A stretch of DNA of 64,000 bases from Negativicutes bacterium (GCA_963665275.2 CAXXIN010000018.1:32001-96000); one strand, 5' to 3'. Shown: positions 29,579 through 40,328, counted from the first letter of the stretch. The notes: generated from the sequence alone by a model not told the origin. Made by a program: numbers and translations.

Positions 29579-31609
29579 ATGAATGCCCGAAGCAGTTTTA
29601 ACAAGGAGATTCTCATGGGGGCAATCCTCGACTCCTGCAAAAAATTACATCCCCGTACCCAGTGGCGTAACCCGGTGATGTTCATCGTGTATATCGGCGC
29701 CATGCTGACAACCTGGTTTATGATTCGGGATATCGCGGTAGGTGATACCCACTCCGTATTCTTTTCGCTACAGATTGCATTGTGGCTCTGGTTCACGGTT
29801 CTTTTCGCCAACTTTGCCGAGGCTGTGGCCGAAGGCAGGGGCAAAGCCCAGGCCAACTCCCTGCGTAACGCGCGCAGCCAGACCAAGGCGAAAAAGATTG
29901 TCGGCGACGGGACCAAGCTGGTTGATGCCGCCGAACTGCGCAAAGGCGATGTAGTGTTGGTGGCGGCGGGCGACTTTATCCCCAGCGATGGGGAAATCAT
30001 AGAGGGCATGGCATCGGTGGATGAAAGCGCCGTAACGGGTGAGTCGGCCCCGGTTATCCGCGAATCCGGCGGCGACAGGTCCTCGGTTACCGGCGGCACC
30101 AGGGTGCTGTCCGACTGGATCAAAATCCGCATCATGTCCAATCCGGGCGAGACTTTTCTGGATCGGATGATCTCCTTGGTTGAGGGCGCCAAACGGCAGA
30201 AAACGCCGAACGAAATCGCGTTGACCATTTTGTTGGTCGGGTTGACTATTATCTTTATGTTCGCGGTGGCAACGATCGAACCTTTCGCCATCTATTCGGG
30301 GATGGAAGTGTCCATAACGGTTCTGGTTGCATTATTGGTTTGCCTGATTCCAACTACGATCGGCGGGTTGCTCAGCGCCATTGGAATCGCCGGTATGGAT
30401 CGGCTCCTGAAGCGCAATGTGCTGGCTATGTCGGGGCGGGCAGTGGAAGCCGCCGGCGATGTCGACGTTCTTTTGCTCGACAAAACAGGAACAATCACCC
30501 TTGGCAATAGGATGGCGACGGATTTTATTCCGGCGCCGGGCGTCAGCGAAGAGCAATTGGCAGACTTGGCCCAGCTTTCTTCCTTTGCCGACGAGACGCC
30601 GGAAGGGCGAAGCATTGTTATCCTTGCGAAGGCTAAGTTTAACCTGCGCGAAAGAGAGCTGGAGACGCTGGAAGCCGAGTTCGTCCCCTTTACCGCCAAA
30701 ACCCGCATGAGCGGAGTGAACTTCAAAGGACGGGAGATCCGCAAAGGCTCGATTGATGCGATTAAAAAATATATCCACGAGCAGAGCGGTGAGTTTCCCG
30801 ATTTTATAAACAAAGCCTGCGAAACCATCGCCAAGAGCGGCGGCACTCCGCTGGTAGTGGCCGAGGGAAACCGCGTCATCGGCGCAATCCATCTGAAAGA
30901 TATTGTCAAAGGCGGAATCAAGGAACGGTTCCGGGATCTGCGGCAGATGGGAATCAGAACGGTGATGATCACCGGCGACAATCCTCTTACCGCGGCATCC
31001 ATCGCCGCAGAGGCGGGAGTCGATGATTTCCTGGCCGAAGCGACGCCGGAGCAAAAACTGCATTTAATCAAGGAATATCAGGAAAGCGGAATGTTGGTGG
31101 CCATGACCGGTGACGGCACCAACGACGCGCCGGCGCTCGCCCAGGCCGATGTCGGCGTGGCGATGAACAGCGGCACTCAGGCGGCGAAAGAGGCCGGCAA
31201 TATGGTCGACCTTGACAGCAATCCAACCAAGCTGCTTGAAATAGTGGAAATCGGCAAACAACTTTTGATTACCCGGGGATCGTTGACGACTTTCAGTGTG
31301 GCGAATGACGTGGCCAAATATTTTGCCATCATTCCGGCCATGTTTGCAGGGACTTTCCCGGTATTGAACGCCTTCAATATTATGAAGCTGGCTACGCCGG
31401 AGAGCGCCATCCTAAGCGCGGTGATCTTCAACGCGCTGATCATTATCGCTCTTGTCCCACTGGCGCTGCGGGGAGTGCAGTACCGGCCGGTAGGAGCGGA
31501 GACTCTCCTGCGACGCAACATACTGATCTATGGCCTCGGCGGAATCATCGCCCCCTTCATCGGCATCAAAATTATTGACCTTGCTTTGGTGGCGTTGAAG
31601 CTGGTCTGA
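29579..31609 (+). CDS. kdpB: K+-transporting ATPase subunit B
   Basis: [24 protein letters not shown]; start may be 29570. Confidence 0.97.
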   Translation: MNARSSFNKEILMGAILDSCKKLHPRTQWRNPVMFIVYIGAMLTTWFMIRDIAVGDTHSVFFSLQIALWLWFTVLFANFAEAVAEGRGKAQANSLRNARSQTKAKKIVGDGTKLVDAAELRKGDVVLVAAGDFIPSDGEIIEGMASVDESAVTGESAPVIRESGGDRSSVTGGTRVLSDWIKIRIMSNPGETFLDRMISLVEGAKRQKTPNEIALTILLVGLTIIFMFAVATIEPFAIYSGMEVSITVLVALLVCLIPTTIGGLLSAIGIAGMDRLLKRNVLAMSGRAVEAAGDVDVLLLDKTGTITLGNRMATDFIPAPGVSEEQLADLAQLSSFADETPEGRSIVILAKAKFNLRERELETLEAEFVPFTAKTRMSGVNFKGREIRKGSIDAIKKYIHEQSGEFPDFINKACETIAKSGGTPLVVAEGNRVIGAIHLKDIVKGGIKERFRDLRQMGIRTVMITGDNPLTAASIAAEAGVDDFLAEATPEQKLHLIKEYQESGMLVAMTGDGTNDAPALAQADVGVAMNSGTQAAKEAGNMVDLDSNPTKLLEIVEIGKQLLITRGSLTTFSVANDVAKYFAIIPAMFAGTFPVLNAFNIMKLATPESAILSAVIFNALIIIALVPLALRGVQYRPVGAETLLRRNILIYGLGGIIAPFIGIKIIDLALVALKLV

Positions 31610-31654
31610 ACCCCATAGGACAAACAGGATAGAACGAAAGGAAGTCGATTACTA

Positions 31655-32239
31655 ATGTTGCGGCAGATAATGAATACAGTGCGAATATTCGTCGTTCTGA
31701 CGGTTATTTGCGGATTAATATACCCTTTGTTGATGACCGGACTGGCTCAGACGGTGTTTCCGTTCCAGGCCAACGGGTCAATCGTAATTCGTAATAATGA
31801 GCCGGTAGGTTCTAGGCTCATTGGACAAAGCTTTTCCAGCGCCGGTTATTTCCATGGACGACCGTCGGCGGCGGGAGAAAAAGGCTATGATGCAACCAGT
31901 TCGAGCGGTTCGAACCTTGGGCCGACCAGCAAGAAACTGATGGATACGGTAGCAGGCAATTTGAAACAGGTTCGCGAAGACAATAATCTTAACGAAACTG
32001 CTCAAATACCATCCGATCTGGTTTTGGCCTCCGCGAGTGGCCTTGACCCGGATATAACCCCAGCCGCGGCTTACATTCAGGCAGAGCGGGTCGCCAGGGA
32101 GCGCAAGATCGAAGCCGGGGAAGTCCGCCGCCTGGTGGCCGTGCATATCCAAGAGCGACAATGGGGATTGTTTGGTGAGCCACGGGTAAATGTACTGGCA
32201 CTCAATCTGGCGCTTGATGACCTCCAGACGAAACCGTAA
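31655..32239 (+). CDS. kdpC: K+-transporting ATPase subunit C
   Basis: QANGS, YFHGRPS, SASGLDPDI, RVNVLALNLALD. Confidence 0.97.
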   Translation: MLRQIMNTVRIFVVLTVICGLIYPLLMTGLAQTVFPFQANGSIVIRNNEPVGSRLIGQSFSSAGYFHGRPSAAGEKGYDATSSSGSNLGPTSKKLMDTVAGNLKQVREDNNLNETAQIPSDLVLASASGLDPDITPAAAYIQAERVARERKIEAGEVRRLVAVHIQERQWGLFGEPRVNVLALNLALDDLQTKP

Positions 32240-32261
32240 TGCAAGTGGGTGAATAGCAAAA

Positions 32262-34997
32262 ATGCCAAAAGAAAGACAAGATAGACGTCCCAATCCAGAG
32301 GAACTGTTGCAGAAAATCAATAAGGAAGCCAGCGGTAAACTGACGGTGTTTTTGGGCGCAGCGGCGGGCGTCGGAAAGACCTTTACCATGCTGGAGGCTG
32401 CGCATGACCGCCTGGCTGAAGGTGTAAACGTCGTTGTTGGCTGGGTTGAAACCCATGGTCGGGCCGAAACGGAAAATTTGGCGGCCGGCCTGCCGCGTAT
32501 CGCTCCCAAAACAATAATTTACCGGAACAAGCCGTTGCAGGAAATGGATATCGACGCCATTCTGGAAAATAAACCGGCGATAGTGCTGGTCGACGAACTG
32601 GCTCATACCAATGTTCCGGGTTCCCGGCATGTGCGGCGTTTCCAGGACGTTGAGGAGCTGCTCGACAATGGCATTGATGTCTATACAACCGTCAACATTC
32701 AGCATATCGAGAGCTTGAACGACATTGTGACGCAAATTACGGGAGTAATTGTCCGAGAAACCGTGCCGGATCATATTCTGGAGCGGGCCAATAGCATACA
32801 GTTGATCGATATTCCGCCTGAAGAACTTATCAAGCGCTTGAAAGAAGGAAAAGTATATATTCCCGGCCAGGTGGAACAGGCTTTGAAGAAGTTTTTTCGG
32901 CCTGGAAACATCAACGCATTGCGGGAACTTTCCTTGCGGTTTACAGCGAAACGTGTTGATCAGGACTTGGCGGAATATATGAAACAGGAAAACATTGAAG
33001 GACCGTGGCCTGCTTCCGGCAAGGTCATGGTCTGCGTCAGCGCCAGTCCGTTCTCGGCGCAGCTTGTCCGGGCCGCCCGACGCCTTTCGGGCGGGTTGCA
33101 CGCCGAATTGCTGGCCGTGCATGTTGAAACGCCCCAGCGCCGCTTCCCGCTGAGCGATAAGGAACGAAACCGGGTGACCCATAACTTGCGTTTGGCGGAA
33201 GAACTTGGCGGCAAGACGATTACTGTAACAGGCGAGAACTTGGCGGCGGAAATACTGGAAGTGGCCCGTTCCCACAATGTAACGGCCATTGTTGTCGGAA
33301 AGCCGCTTCACAGCCGGATGTGGGAACTTTTTCATGGGTCGGTTGTGGACACATTGATACGGGACAGTAGCGGCATTCACGTATATGTCATCCAGGTCGC
33401 CAAAGACAAAGATGCCGAAGCAGGAATTGTTACAGGTATTAAGACGGCCCTGCCCTCGCCGCCGCCGGTTCCATGGACGCAATACGCCGGCGGCCTGAGC
33501 ATGGTGGCGGTTATCACGGCTATAAGCTGGATGTTTAAAAGTCAGCTGGAGATTGTCAATATTGCCCTGCTATATTTGTTGCCTGTTTTTTTTACCGCTC
33601 TTTGGTGGGGGCGTTGGCCGTCATATATATCGGCACTGTCCGGCGTATTAGCGTACGACTTTTTATTCGTTCCGCCTATTTTCACCTTTTCTGTCTATGA
33701 TATACACTATATCTGGAGTTTTGTTATTTTCCTGGTATTTTCTTATTTCATTGGCGGACGGACGGAACTGCTACGATCGGAAGCGAGGGGCGCCAGGCAG
33801 CGTGAGAAAAACATCCGCACTCTGTATGATTTTAGCCGGGAAATAGCGGCGGTTGTGAATTTGGATCGAATTGTCCAGGAATTGGCCACTCAGATGGGTG
33901 AAAACCTGGGCCGGTCCACCCGGGTGCTATTGCCGGATAGTGGAGATGTATTGGTTGTCTGCGGGCATTATGACGCCCCGGGCAAAATCGAAAGCCCGGA
34001 TGCGCAGGCATTGTCAGAGGCTGAGTATGCCGTGGCGGTCTGGGCCTATCAGCACGGCCAAGTGGTTGGACGATCCACCGAAACTCTGCCTGGAGGGCAA
34101 TACCTGTATGTTCCGCTGATAACCGGAAACAAAGTGGTCGGTGTCTTTGGCATAAAATTGGACAGGAATAACATGACTCCGGAAGAAAGGCAGTTGATTA
34201 ATGCCTGGGTAGGGTTTGCGGCAATAGCGGTGGAACGGGTGAAATTGACCGAACAGGCTAATCAGGCATCTTTGTTGGTGGAAACGGACAAACTTCGTTC
34301 CGCTTTGTTAAACTCTATTTCGCATGAATTGCGCACTCCACTGTCGGCGATAGTGGGTGCGACTTCAATGCTTCTGGAGACAGGAGTCGCTTATAGCGAA
34401 GCGAATCGCCGTGAACTGCTGGAAAGCATTCAGGATGGATCGAGCCGGATGGAACGGGTGGTTGTCAACCTGCTTGACACCGCCAGGATGGAAAACGGCA
34501 TGCTGCACTTGAAAAACGACTGGTGCGATATTGAAGATACCGTGGGTGTCGCCTTGCGGCGAATCGGCGAAACACTTCGAAAATACGTCGTCAAAACCGA
34601 GTTGCCCGCAAAAATGTCCCTGATTCGAGCGGATGGTGTTCTTTTGGAGCAAGTGCTGGTGAATCTGATTGACAATGCCATGAAGTATTCTTCTCTTGGT
34701 AGTACCATCATCGTCACGGCGGCGCAGGAGGAGGATAATATGCGAATAACAGTCATGGACAGTGGGCCTGGGATACCTCAGGAGGACTTGCCGTTTATTT
34801 TTGATAAGTTTTATCGGGCCAAGCATCCGCAGAAAATCGCGGGGACCGGGCTGGGTTTATCCATTTGTAAAAGCATTGTTGAGGCTCATAACGGGAAAAT
34901 ATGGGCGAAAAATCGACCCGGCGGGGGCGCGGAGGTAGGGTTTAGCGTTCCAATCCGAGGCGATGGAGTGGCGATCCCGGACGAGGTAGGCGACTGA
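32262..34997 (+). CDS. kdpD: Sensor histidine kinase KdpD
   Basis: GAAAGVGKT, VDELAHTN, Usp domain, TM region, SHELRTPL. Confidence 0.96.
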   Translation: MPKERQDRRPNPEELLQKINKEASGKLTVFLGAAAGVGKTFTMLEAAHDRLAEGVNVVVGWVETHGRAETENLAAGLPRIAPKTIIYRNKPLQEMDIDAILENKPAIVLVDELAHTNVPGSRHVRRFQDVEELLDNGIDVYTTVNIQHIESLNDIVTQITGVIVRETVPDHILERANSIQLIDIPPEELIKRLKEGKVYIPGQVEQALKKFFRPGNINALRELSLRFTAKRVDQDLAEYMKQENIEGPWPASGKVMVCVSASPFSAQLVRAARRLSGGLHAELLAVHVETPQRRFPLSDKERNRVTHNLRLAEELGGKTITVTGENLAAEILEVARSHNVTAIVVGKPLHSRMWELFHGSVVDTLIRDSSGIHVYVIQVAKDKDAEAGIVTGIKTALPSPPPVPWTQYAGGLSMVAVITAISWMFKSQLEIVNIALLYLLPVFFTALWWGRWPSYISALSGVLAYDFLFVPPIFTFSVYDIHYIWSFVIFLVFSYFIGGRTELLRSEARGARQREKNIRTLYDFSREIAAVVNLDRIVQELATQMGENLGRSTRVLLPDSGDVLVVCGHYDAPGKIESPDAQALSEAEYAVAVWAYQHGQVVGRSTETLPGGQYLYVPLITGNKVVGVFGIKLDRNNMTPEERQLINAWVGFAAIAVERVKLTEQANQASLLVETDKLRSALLNSISHELRTPLSAIVGATSMLLETGVAYSEANRRELLESIQDGSSRMERVVVNLLDTARMENGMLHLKNDWCDIEDTVGVALRRIGETLRKYVVKTELPAKMSLIRADGVLLEQVLVNLIDNAMKYSSLGSTIIVTAAQEEDNMRITVMDSGPGIPQEDLPFIFDKFYRAKHPQKIAGTGLGLSICKSIVEAHNGKIWAKNRPGGGAEVGFSVPIRGDGVAIPDEVGD

Positions 34998-34998
34998 T

Positions 34999-35685
34999 AT
35001 GGAAACAAAGGCGAGAATCCTGATCATCGATGATGAACCGCAAATTCGCAAATTGCTGAATGTTTCATTGAAAGCCCAGGGGTTTCTGGCGGAGGAGGCG
35101 GCTTCCGGACAGGATGGCATCAATCAGGCGGCCATTTTTAAACCGGATTTGATGATTGTTGATCTGGGATTGCCGGATATCGATGGAAAGGAAGTTGTCC
35201 GGCAAATCAGGGAGTGGTCCAATGCGCCAATTATCATATTGACGGCCCGCGATCAGGAGCAGGAGAAAATAGACGCTTTGGATGCCGGTGCGGATGACTA
35301 TGTCGCGAAGCCTTTCGGGATGGGAGAACTCATGGCCAGGGTGCGGGTCTGCCTGCGGCGGATGGCGACAGGTGACAACGATCCTTTGCTGATCTGCGGT
35401 GGATTGACTGTGGATCTTTCACAACGGCGTGTGACCGTGGACGGGCAAGAGATAAAATTGACTCCGACTGAATATGAAATCATTAAACTGCTGGCCCAAA
35501 ACGCCGGACGGGTATTGACCCACAAGCAATTGTTGAAAGCGGTCTGGGGGAATTCAAATTACAGCGATACTCACTATGTTCGCGTTTATGTCGGAATGTT
35601 GCGGCGAAAGATAGAGAGCGATCCTGCTCAACCCAAATATATAATTACGGAATCCGGGATCGGTTATCGCCTTATGGGACGCTAA
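34999..35685 (+). CDS. kdpE: Response regulator KdpE (OmpR family)
   Basis: ALDAGADDY, LTHKQLL..VWG, YVRVYVGMLRRKIE; follows kdpD. Confidence 0.93.
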   Translation: METKARILIIDDEPQIRKLLNVSLKAQGFLAEEAASGQDGINQAAIFKPDLMIVDLGLPDIDGKEVVRQIREWSNAPIIILTARDQEQEKIDALDAGADDYVAKPFGMGELMARVRVCLRRMATGDNDPLLICGGLTVDLSQRRVTVDGQEIKLTPTEYEIIKLLAQNAGRVLTHKQLLKAVWGNSNYSDTHYVRVYVGMLRRKIESDPAQPKYIITESGIGYRLMGR

Positions 35686-35713
35686 TCGCTATTGTGGGTT
35701 CTGAATAAATAGT

Positions 35714-35760
35714 AAAAACGCAACCAGGCGCCGACTTTGTGCGGTGCGGGTTGCGTTTTT
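35714..35760 (+). terminator. Terminator after kdpE
   Basis: AAAAACGCAACC...GGTTGCGTTTTT. Confidence 0.7.
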
Positions 35761-35823
35761 ATGATATCTTGACCCTTTTAGCCTAAGTCTTGTCAGCTTT
35801 TTTACGTTTACTGGAGATACAAT
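35758..35823 (+). promoter_or_regulatory. KdpE-type promoter 3
   Basis: Half-sites TTTAT 35758, TTGAC 35769, TTGTC 35790, TTTAC 35801; TACAAT -10 at 35818, same spacing as promoters 1 and 2. Confidence 0.55.
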
Positions 35824-35986
35824 TGGCGGTGGGTATGCTTCTAGTGGATTTGTGAACGCCGGGATGTAGGCGCATTGAACTTTGGCATCGCATACAACTT
35901 TACTCCAGCAGCCGCTATGCTTGGATATCTACAATAATAAAAACTTCAAGAATACTATCACTGTCCAACTAGATATCAATTTTTGA
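35824..35986 (+). pseudogene. 3' remnant of an outer-membrane beta-barrel gene
   Basis: Frame-broken ...DVGALNFGIAYNFTP... then ...DIYNNKNFKNTITVQLDINF* with terminal Phe beta-signal pattern; no start codon or RBS. Confidence 0.5.
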
Positions 35987-36037
35987 TCCTGCGATCAGTG
36001 AGTTGTATGAGAATAAATAGTGGGAGGCATCTGCAGT

Positions 36038-37867
36038 ATGTGGCGGAAGAGCAGCCTGCGGCAGAAGATATTGATTGGGTATTTCATCCTCGTGGCGGTC
36101 ATTGCCACTGTTGGAGCATGGTCGATTTACAACGTTCAACAACTTAACAAAGTGCTTACCGATATCACCAAAGAAAACTATATCAGTGTGCTGGCCGCCG
36201 AAAATATGATTGGAGCCTTGGAGAGACAGGACAGCGGAGCACTCTTTTTGCTGCTGGGTGAAAAGCAACAGGGATTGGAGATTTATCAGGCTGGCCGCGA
36301 GGAGTTTCAATACTGGTTTGACCAGGAGGAACGAAATATCACCTTGCCCAATGAAGGAGAACTTGTCGTCCGTATCAAGGATAACTACAGTAAATACAGT
36401 CAATTGCTCGATGCCCTTACTCGCCTGAATGCATCCGGCGATGGCGGGGGCGTGCGCAGGATGTATCTGGTCGAGATCTATCCGTTGTTCAATACCATTC
36501 GGGCTGATCTGCAGAATGTACTGGCAATAAATCATCAGGAATTTATTGCTGGAAATGCACGGTCAGGCGACACTGCCAGGCAGGCGGCGGTATCGGTGGC
36601 TGCGGTCGGCGGCAGTGCGGTGATTTTTGGGATTATCTTCGCACTTGCCCTTTCAACGGCCGTTGTTCAGCCTGTTATTCGCTTGACGGAGACGATTAAA
36701 CGCATTCGGGAAGGCAACCTGAGCGAGACGGTGGCAGTATCCGCTTTGGACGAAATGGGCAACCTTGCCTCGGAATTTAACAGCATGCTCCAGCGTTTAC
36801 GCGCTTATGAGAACGTTATCTATGGAAAGCTGGCGGTTGAGCAGCAAAAGGCTCTGGCTATTATTCAGGCCATGGCGGATGGGATTGTACTACTTGGGCA
36901 AAATCAGCAGGTCGTGATGCTGAACCCGGCGGCGGAGCAAATTCTCGGAATAAAATCCGCTGATGCGGCAGGGAAATATGCAGGGCAGGTTTTTCTCCAA
37001 CCCGATATAGTCCGTTGGTTGGAGCAGACGGGTAATTCCGATCAAATGCTTGTTGAGAGAGCCGTGGCGATTAAGGCTGGAAGGCAGGAACATTTCTATG
37101 AAATAGAGGTTACACCCTTTAAGACGTGGGAAGAGACTGGAAATGTAATAATTCTTAAGGATGTTACCAACTTCAAGCTGCTGGACAAGAAAAAAGCGGA
37201 GTTTTTGTCCGGCATTGCACATGAGATTCGAACCCCGCTCACATCTATCACCATGGGGCTTGGAATTTTAAACGAGAGCAGTATATTGAAAGAAAATCGA
37301 AGTGCAATCGAAATATTGGCCGTAATACAGGAAGAAACAGCCAGACTGACGACGTTGATGGATGAATTCCTCGAATTATCACGATTTGAGTCAGGCGGTG
37401 CCGAACTAAAAACTCAGCAGTTGGAAGTTGCAGCTCTATTGGAACGAACCATCGCAGCGTTTCGAATGCAAGCGGAAAAAGTGCATATTCGGCTTGAACT
37501 AAGTATGTCGGAACCGATCCCCCCCGTAGTATGGGATGCAGGCAAAATTCAGTCGGTTATTTCCAATTTGATTACCAATGCGTTGCGCTATACCCCGACT
37601 GGGGGAAGGATAGTCGTTACGGCAGGAAATGCGGCGGATGCCGTTTTGATTTCGGTTACCGATACAGGGCCCGGGATACCGGGGAAGCTGCAAAAAAAAA
37701 TATTCGATAAATTTTTTCAAATGGACGCAAGGCCTACCGGCAAAGTGGGTCTTGGGCTGGCAATTTGCAAGGCGATTGTCAAGAAGCACGGCGGGAAGAT
37801 CTGGGTGGAGAGCAGGGAAGGTCAAGGAGCGACGTTTTTCGTTGAACTGCCTATTCAAGCAACCTGA
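36038..37867 (+). CDS. Sensor histidine kinase (four-helix sensor, HAMP, PAS)
   Basis: AHEIRTPL, NLITNALRY, DTGPG, GLGLAI. Confidence 0.92.
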   Translation: MWRKSSLRQKILIGYFILVAVIATVGAWSIYNVQQLNKVLTDITKENYISVLAAENMIGALERQDSGALFLLLGEKQQGLEIYQAGREEFQYWFDQEERNITLPNEGELVVRIKDNYSKYSQLLDALTRLNASGDGGGVRRMYLVEIYPLFNTIRADLQNVLAINHQEFIAGNARSGDTARQAAVSVAAVGGSAVIFGIIFALALSTAVVQPVIRLTETIKRIREGNLSETVAVSALDEMGNLASEFNSMLQRLRAYENVIYGKLAVEQQKALAIIQAMADGIVLLGQNQQVVMLNPAAEQILGIKSADAAGKYAGQVFLQPDIVRWLEQTGNSDQMLVERAVAIKAGRQEHFYEIEVTPFKTWEETGNVIILKDVTNFKLLDKKKAEFLSGIAHEIRTPLTSITMGLGILNESSILKENRSAIEILAVIQEETARLTTLMDEFLELSRFESGGAELKTQQLEVAALLERTIAAFRMQAEKVHIRLELSMSEPIPPVVWDAGKIQSVISNLITNALRYTPTGGRIVVTAGNAADAVLISVTDTGPGIPGKLQKKIFDKFFQMDARPTGKVGLGLAICKAIVKKHGGKIWVESREGQGATFFVELPIQAT

Positions 37868-37890
37868 AGCAATAATTGGGGGTGTGGAAA

Positions 37891-38598
37891 ATGAACCATA
37901 ATAACAAAATTTTAGTAGTCGACGATGAAAAAAACATCCAGTTTGTAATCACCAAATGCTTGGAAGAAGCGAAGTATTCAGTTGTAAACGCGTCTGACGG
38001 GGAGAGCGCATTGGAAGCCATAGGCACGGAATCTTTTGCGCTCGTTATACTCGATATCAAGCTTCCCGATATGGATGGGCTGCAGGTGCTGCAAAAAATA
38101 AGAGAACTGCTTCCTGAGCAGAGGGTCATGATGATTACGGCGCATGGAACCATCGAAACAGCGGTGGAAGCCATGAAGCGCGGAGCGGTTGATTATCTGC
38201 AGAAACCATCTACACCGGAGGACCTCCGGGCCACAGTCGGCCATAATATAAGCAAGTTAGTGACAGTTCAGATGGAACCGAACGAAACCTTTGACAGCTA
38301 TATTTCCCAGGGAAGACGCCTCTTGGAGCAAAAGCAACTTGATAAAGCAATGTTGGTTATTCGTAAGGCACTCCAACTTGAATCCGAACGTCCGGAACCC
38401 TTCAATTTGCTCGGCGTCTTGGGTGAGTTACGCGGTGATTTTAAGGCCGCTAGCAGAATGTACCGTGTGGCTTTGGCGCTCGATAGCGCTTACAAACCGG
38501 CAATTTTAAATTTACAGCGAATTAGCCAATGGAAACATGACTCGGAGCATATTAATTTTGGCGATGTTCCTGAAGAAAAAGTTCCTTTCCCGTTGTAG
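37891..38598 (+). CDS. Response regulator, receiver plus TPR-like domain (no DNA-binding domain)
   Basis: ILVVDDE, LDIKLP, ITAHG; C-terminal PEPFNLLGVL..A..MYR.AL.LD TPR pattern. Confidence 0.85.
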   Translation: MNHNNKILVVDDEKNIQFVITKCLEEAKYSVVNASDGESALEAIGTESFALVILDIKLPDMDGLQVLQKIRELLPEQRVMMITAHGTIETAVEAMKRGAVDYLQKPSTPEDLRATVGHNISKLVTVQMEPNETFDSYISQGRRLLEQKQLDKAMLVIRKALQLESERPEPFNLLGVLGELRGDFKAASRMYRVALALDSAYKPAILNLQRISQWKHDSEHINFGDVPEEKVPFPL

Positions 38599-38633
38599 TG
38601 TGGGGCTTGAAAACAGGCATGGAGGGCGGATAT

Positions 38634-38694
38634 GTGCCCTGAGGGGATTAATAGGGAAGTCCGGTGTAATGCCGGCGTGGGCCCGCCATTGTAT
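38634..38694 (+). ncRNA. Degenerate 5' half of a cobalamin riboswitch (orphan remnant)
   Basis: GTGCCC..GGG.TTAATAGGGAAGTCCGGTGTAATGCCGGCGTGGGCCCGCCATTGTA resembles the B12 core; no 3' B12 box and no downstream + gene. Confidence 0.6.
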
Positions 38695-38731
38695 AGAGGC
38701 CGGCTACTCAAATAGTGGGTAGTCGACCTCT
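38695..38731. terminator. Hairpin between convergent genes
   Basis: AGAGGCCGGCTACTCA/TGGGTAGTCGACCTCT. Confidence 0.55.
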
Positions 38732-38747
38732 CGATTTTAATGATTGA

Positions 38748-40328
38748 TTACAGGTAAATTTTCGCTCCGGGACCGAGTGGCCAATTGAACAGCATGAAGG
38801 TAACCAGCCAACCGCCCCAGGTAATAGCGAACCAGAATGCAAACGGGAGTTGGGCGGCAATGATCGTTCCATAGCCAATCTTCTTTTCATCAGATTTGAC
38901 ATAGTGGTTGATAATGCCGAGCATAACCGGGATATAGTAATTGAGAGGGCTGATGGGGTTGGTGATGCTTTCCCCTACTCGATACGCAGCCTGCACGAGG
39001 GCGGGTTCATATCCGAGCAGACCAAACATGGGGACGAAAATCGGGGCGAAGAAAACCCATTTGGCCGAACCGCTGATCAAAAGGAAGTCGGCCAGACCAG
39101 ACAACATCATAAAACCGATGACCAAAGGGATGCCGGTGAAATGGATAGATTGCAGGAAGTGAGCGCCCTGAACGGCGATAACGGTTGCCAGGTTGCTTTT
39201 GGTGAACCAGGCAATAAATTGGGAGGCGGCCATGGCGAGGACGATGAAGCTGACTGAACCGCTAACGCCATTGGCCATCAGTTTGGGAATATCCGCTTCA
39301 CTCTTTATGACGCCTTTGCCAATGCCAAACGCCATTCCGACGGCAACAAAGAAGATGAAAATCAGTGGAATAATTCCGGATAACAGCGGGGACTTGGGAA
39401 CCAACTCATGAGTTTTTGGATCGCGGAGCCAGCCAAATTCCGGCACCGTCATTGCGAGAAGAAGAAGTATATAAATGACAGTTGTCCACCCTGCGTACTT
39501 CAGTCCTCGTTTTTCTTCCGGGGTCAACTCATGTGATTGCGTTACGGCATCCAGCTGCATATAAGGCATAAATTTGTCGAGACGCGGCGCCACCACTTTT
39601 TCGGCGACGATGGTGCCGACAACGGTCAGAATAATAACTGAGGAAGACATGAAATAATAATTGATCAGAACGTGCACCGGAGAATGCATGGTTTGAGGTA
39701 ATATCTGGGTGGCGGTGGCTGTGATACCGGCTATGAGAGCATCCGTTCCTGCCGGAAGAAAATTGGCGCTGAATCCAGCTTGTGTTCCGGCGAAGGCAAC
39801 AGACATGCCAACCAGAGGGTTTCGTCCCATGCCGGCGAAGACGGCTGCGGCGACAGCCGGCATAAATACGGTGGCTGCATCGGAAGCCAGATTACCGTTG
39901 ATGCCAAGACACATAATGGCCGCAGTGACTCCCCAGGACGGAACATTCAGCAAAACTCGGCGTACCAAGGCGGTAACCAAGCCGGTGCTTTCGGCAATTC
40001 CCATGGCCATCATCATGACCACTACCAGGCCAAGCGGAGGAAAGGCCACGAAATTCTTCACCATGTCCGCCAAAAATGACTGGAAGGAAGGGACGTTGAT
40101 CAAGTTAAGGACCTTGACAGTGATCATTTTGTTGCCTGCACCCATGTAGGTGGCTGAGGCCCCTTCGAAAACGAATGATAGCGCGAGAACTGCTGCGGCG
40201 AGAGCGATAAACAGGGTAAATGGGGATGGGAATTTGTTTCCGACATACTCTAAAATGTCAAGAAAACGCTGCAGGGCACTTGAAGTTCCATCACCTGCGA
40301 CCGGGACACTGGATTTTGGACTGGTCAA
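38748..40328 (-). CDS. AbgT family transporter
   Basis: FLDILEYVGNKFPSPF, FPPLGLV, GSAKW, AAYRVGESITNPISP, WPLGPG. Confidence 0.93.
   Translation of the reverse strand: MTSPKSSVPVAGDGTSSALQRFLDILEYVGNKFPSPFTLFIALAAAVLALSFVFEGASATYMGAGNKMITVKVLNLINVPSFQSFLADMVKNFVAFPPLGLVVVMMMAMGIAESTGLVTALVRRVLLNVPSWGVTAAIMCLGINGNLASDAATVFMPAVAAAVFAGMGRNPLVGMSVAFAGTQAGFSANFLPAGTDALIAGITATATQILPQTMHSPVHVLINYYFMSSSVIILTVVGTIVAEKVVAPRLDKFMPYMQLDAVTQSHELTPEEKRGLKYAGWTTVIYILLLLAMTVPEFGWLRDPKTHELVPKSPLLSGIIPLIFIFFVAVGMAFGIGKGVIKSEADIPKLMANGVSGSVSFIVLAMAASQFIAWFTKSNLATVIAVQGAHFLQSIHFTGIPLVIGFMMLSGLADFLLISGSAKWVFFAPIFVPMFGLLGYEPALVQAAYRVGESITNPISPLNYYIPVMLGIINHYVKSDEKKIGYGTIIAAQLPFAFWFAITWGGWLVTFMLFNWPLGPGAKIYL

Noticed and set aside
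32202-33482. 426-aa antisense ORF over kdpD, and similar long shadow ORFs over kdpA/kdpB, the amidase and the MCP
   Set aside because: No recognisable motifs; expected antisense open frames opposite well-conserved genes
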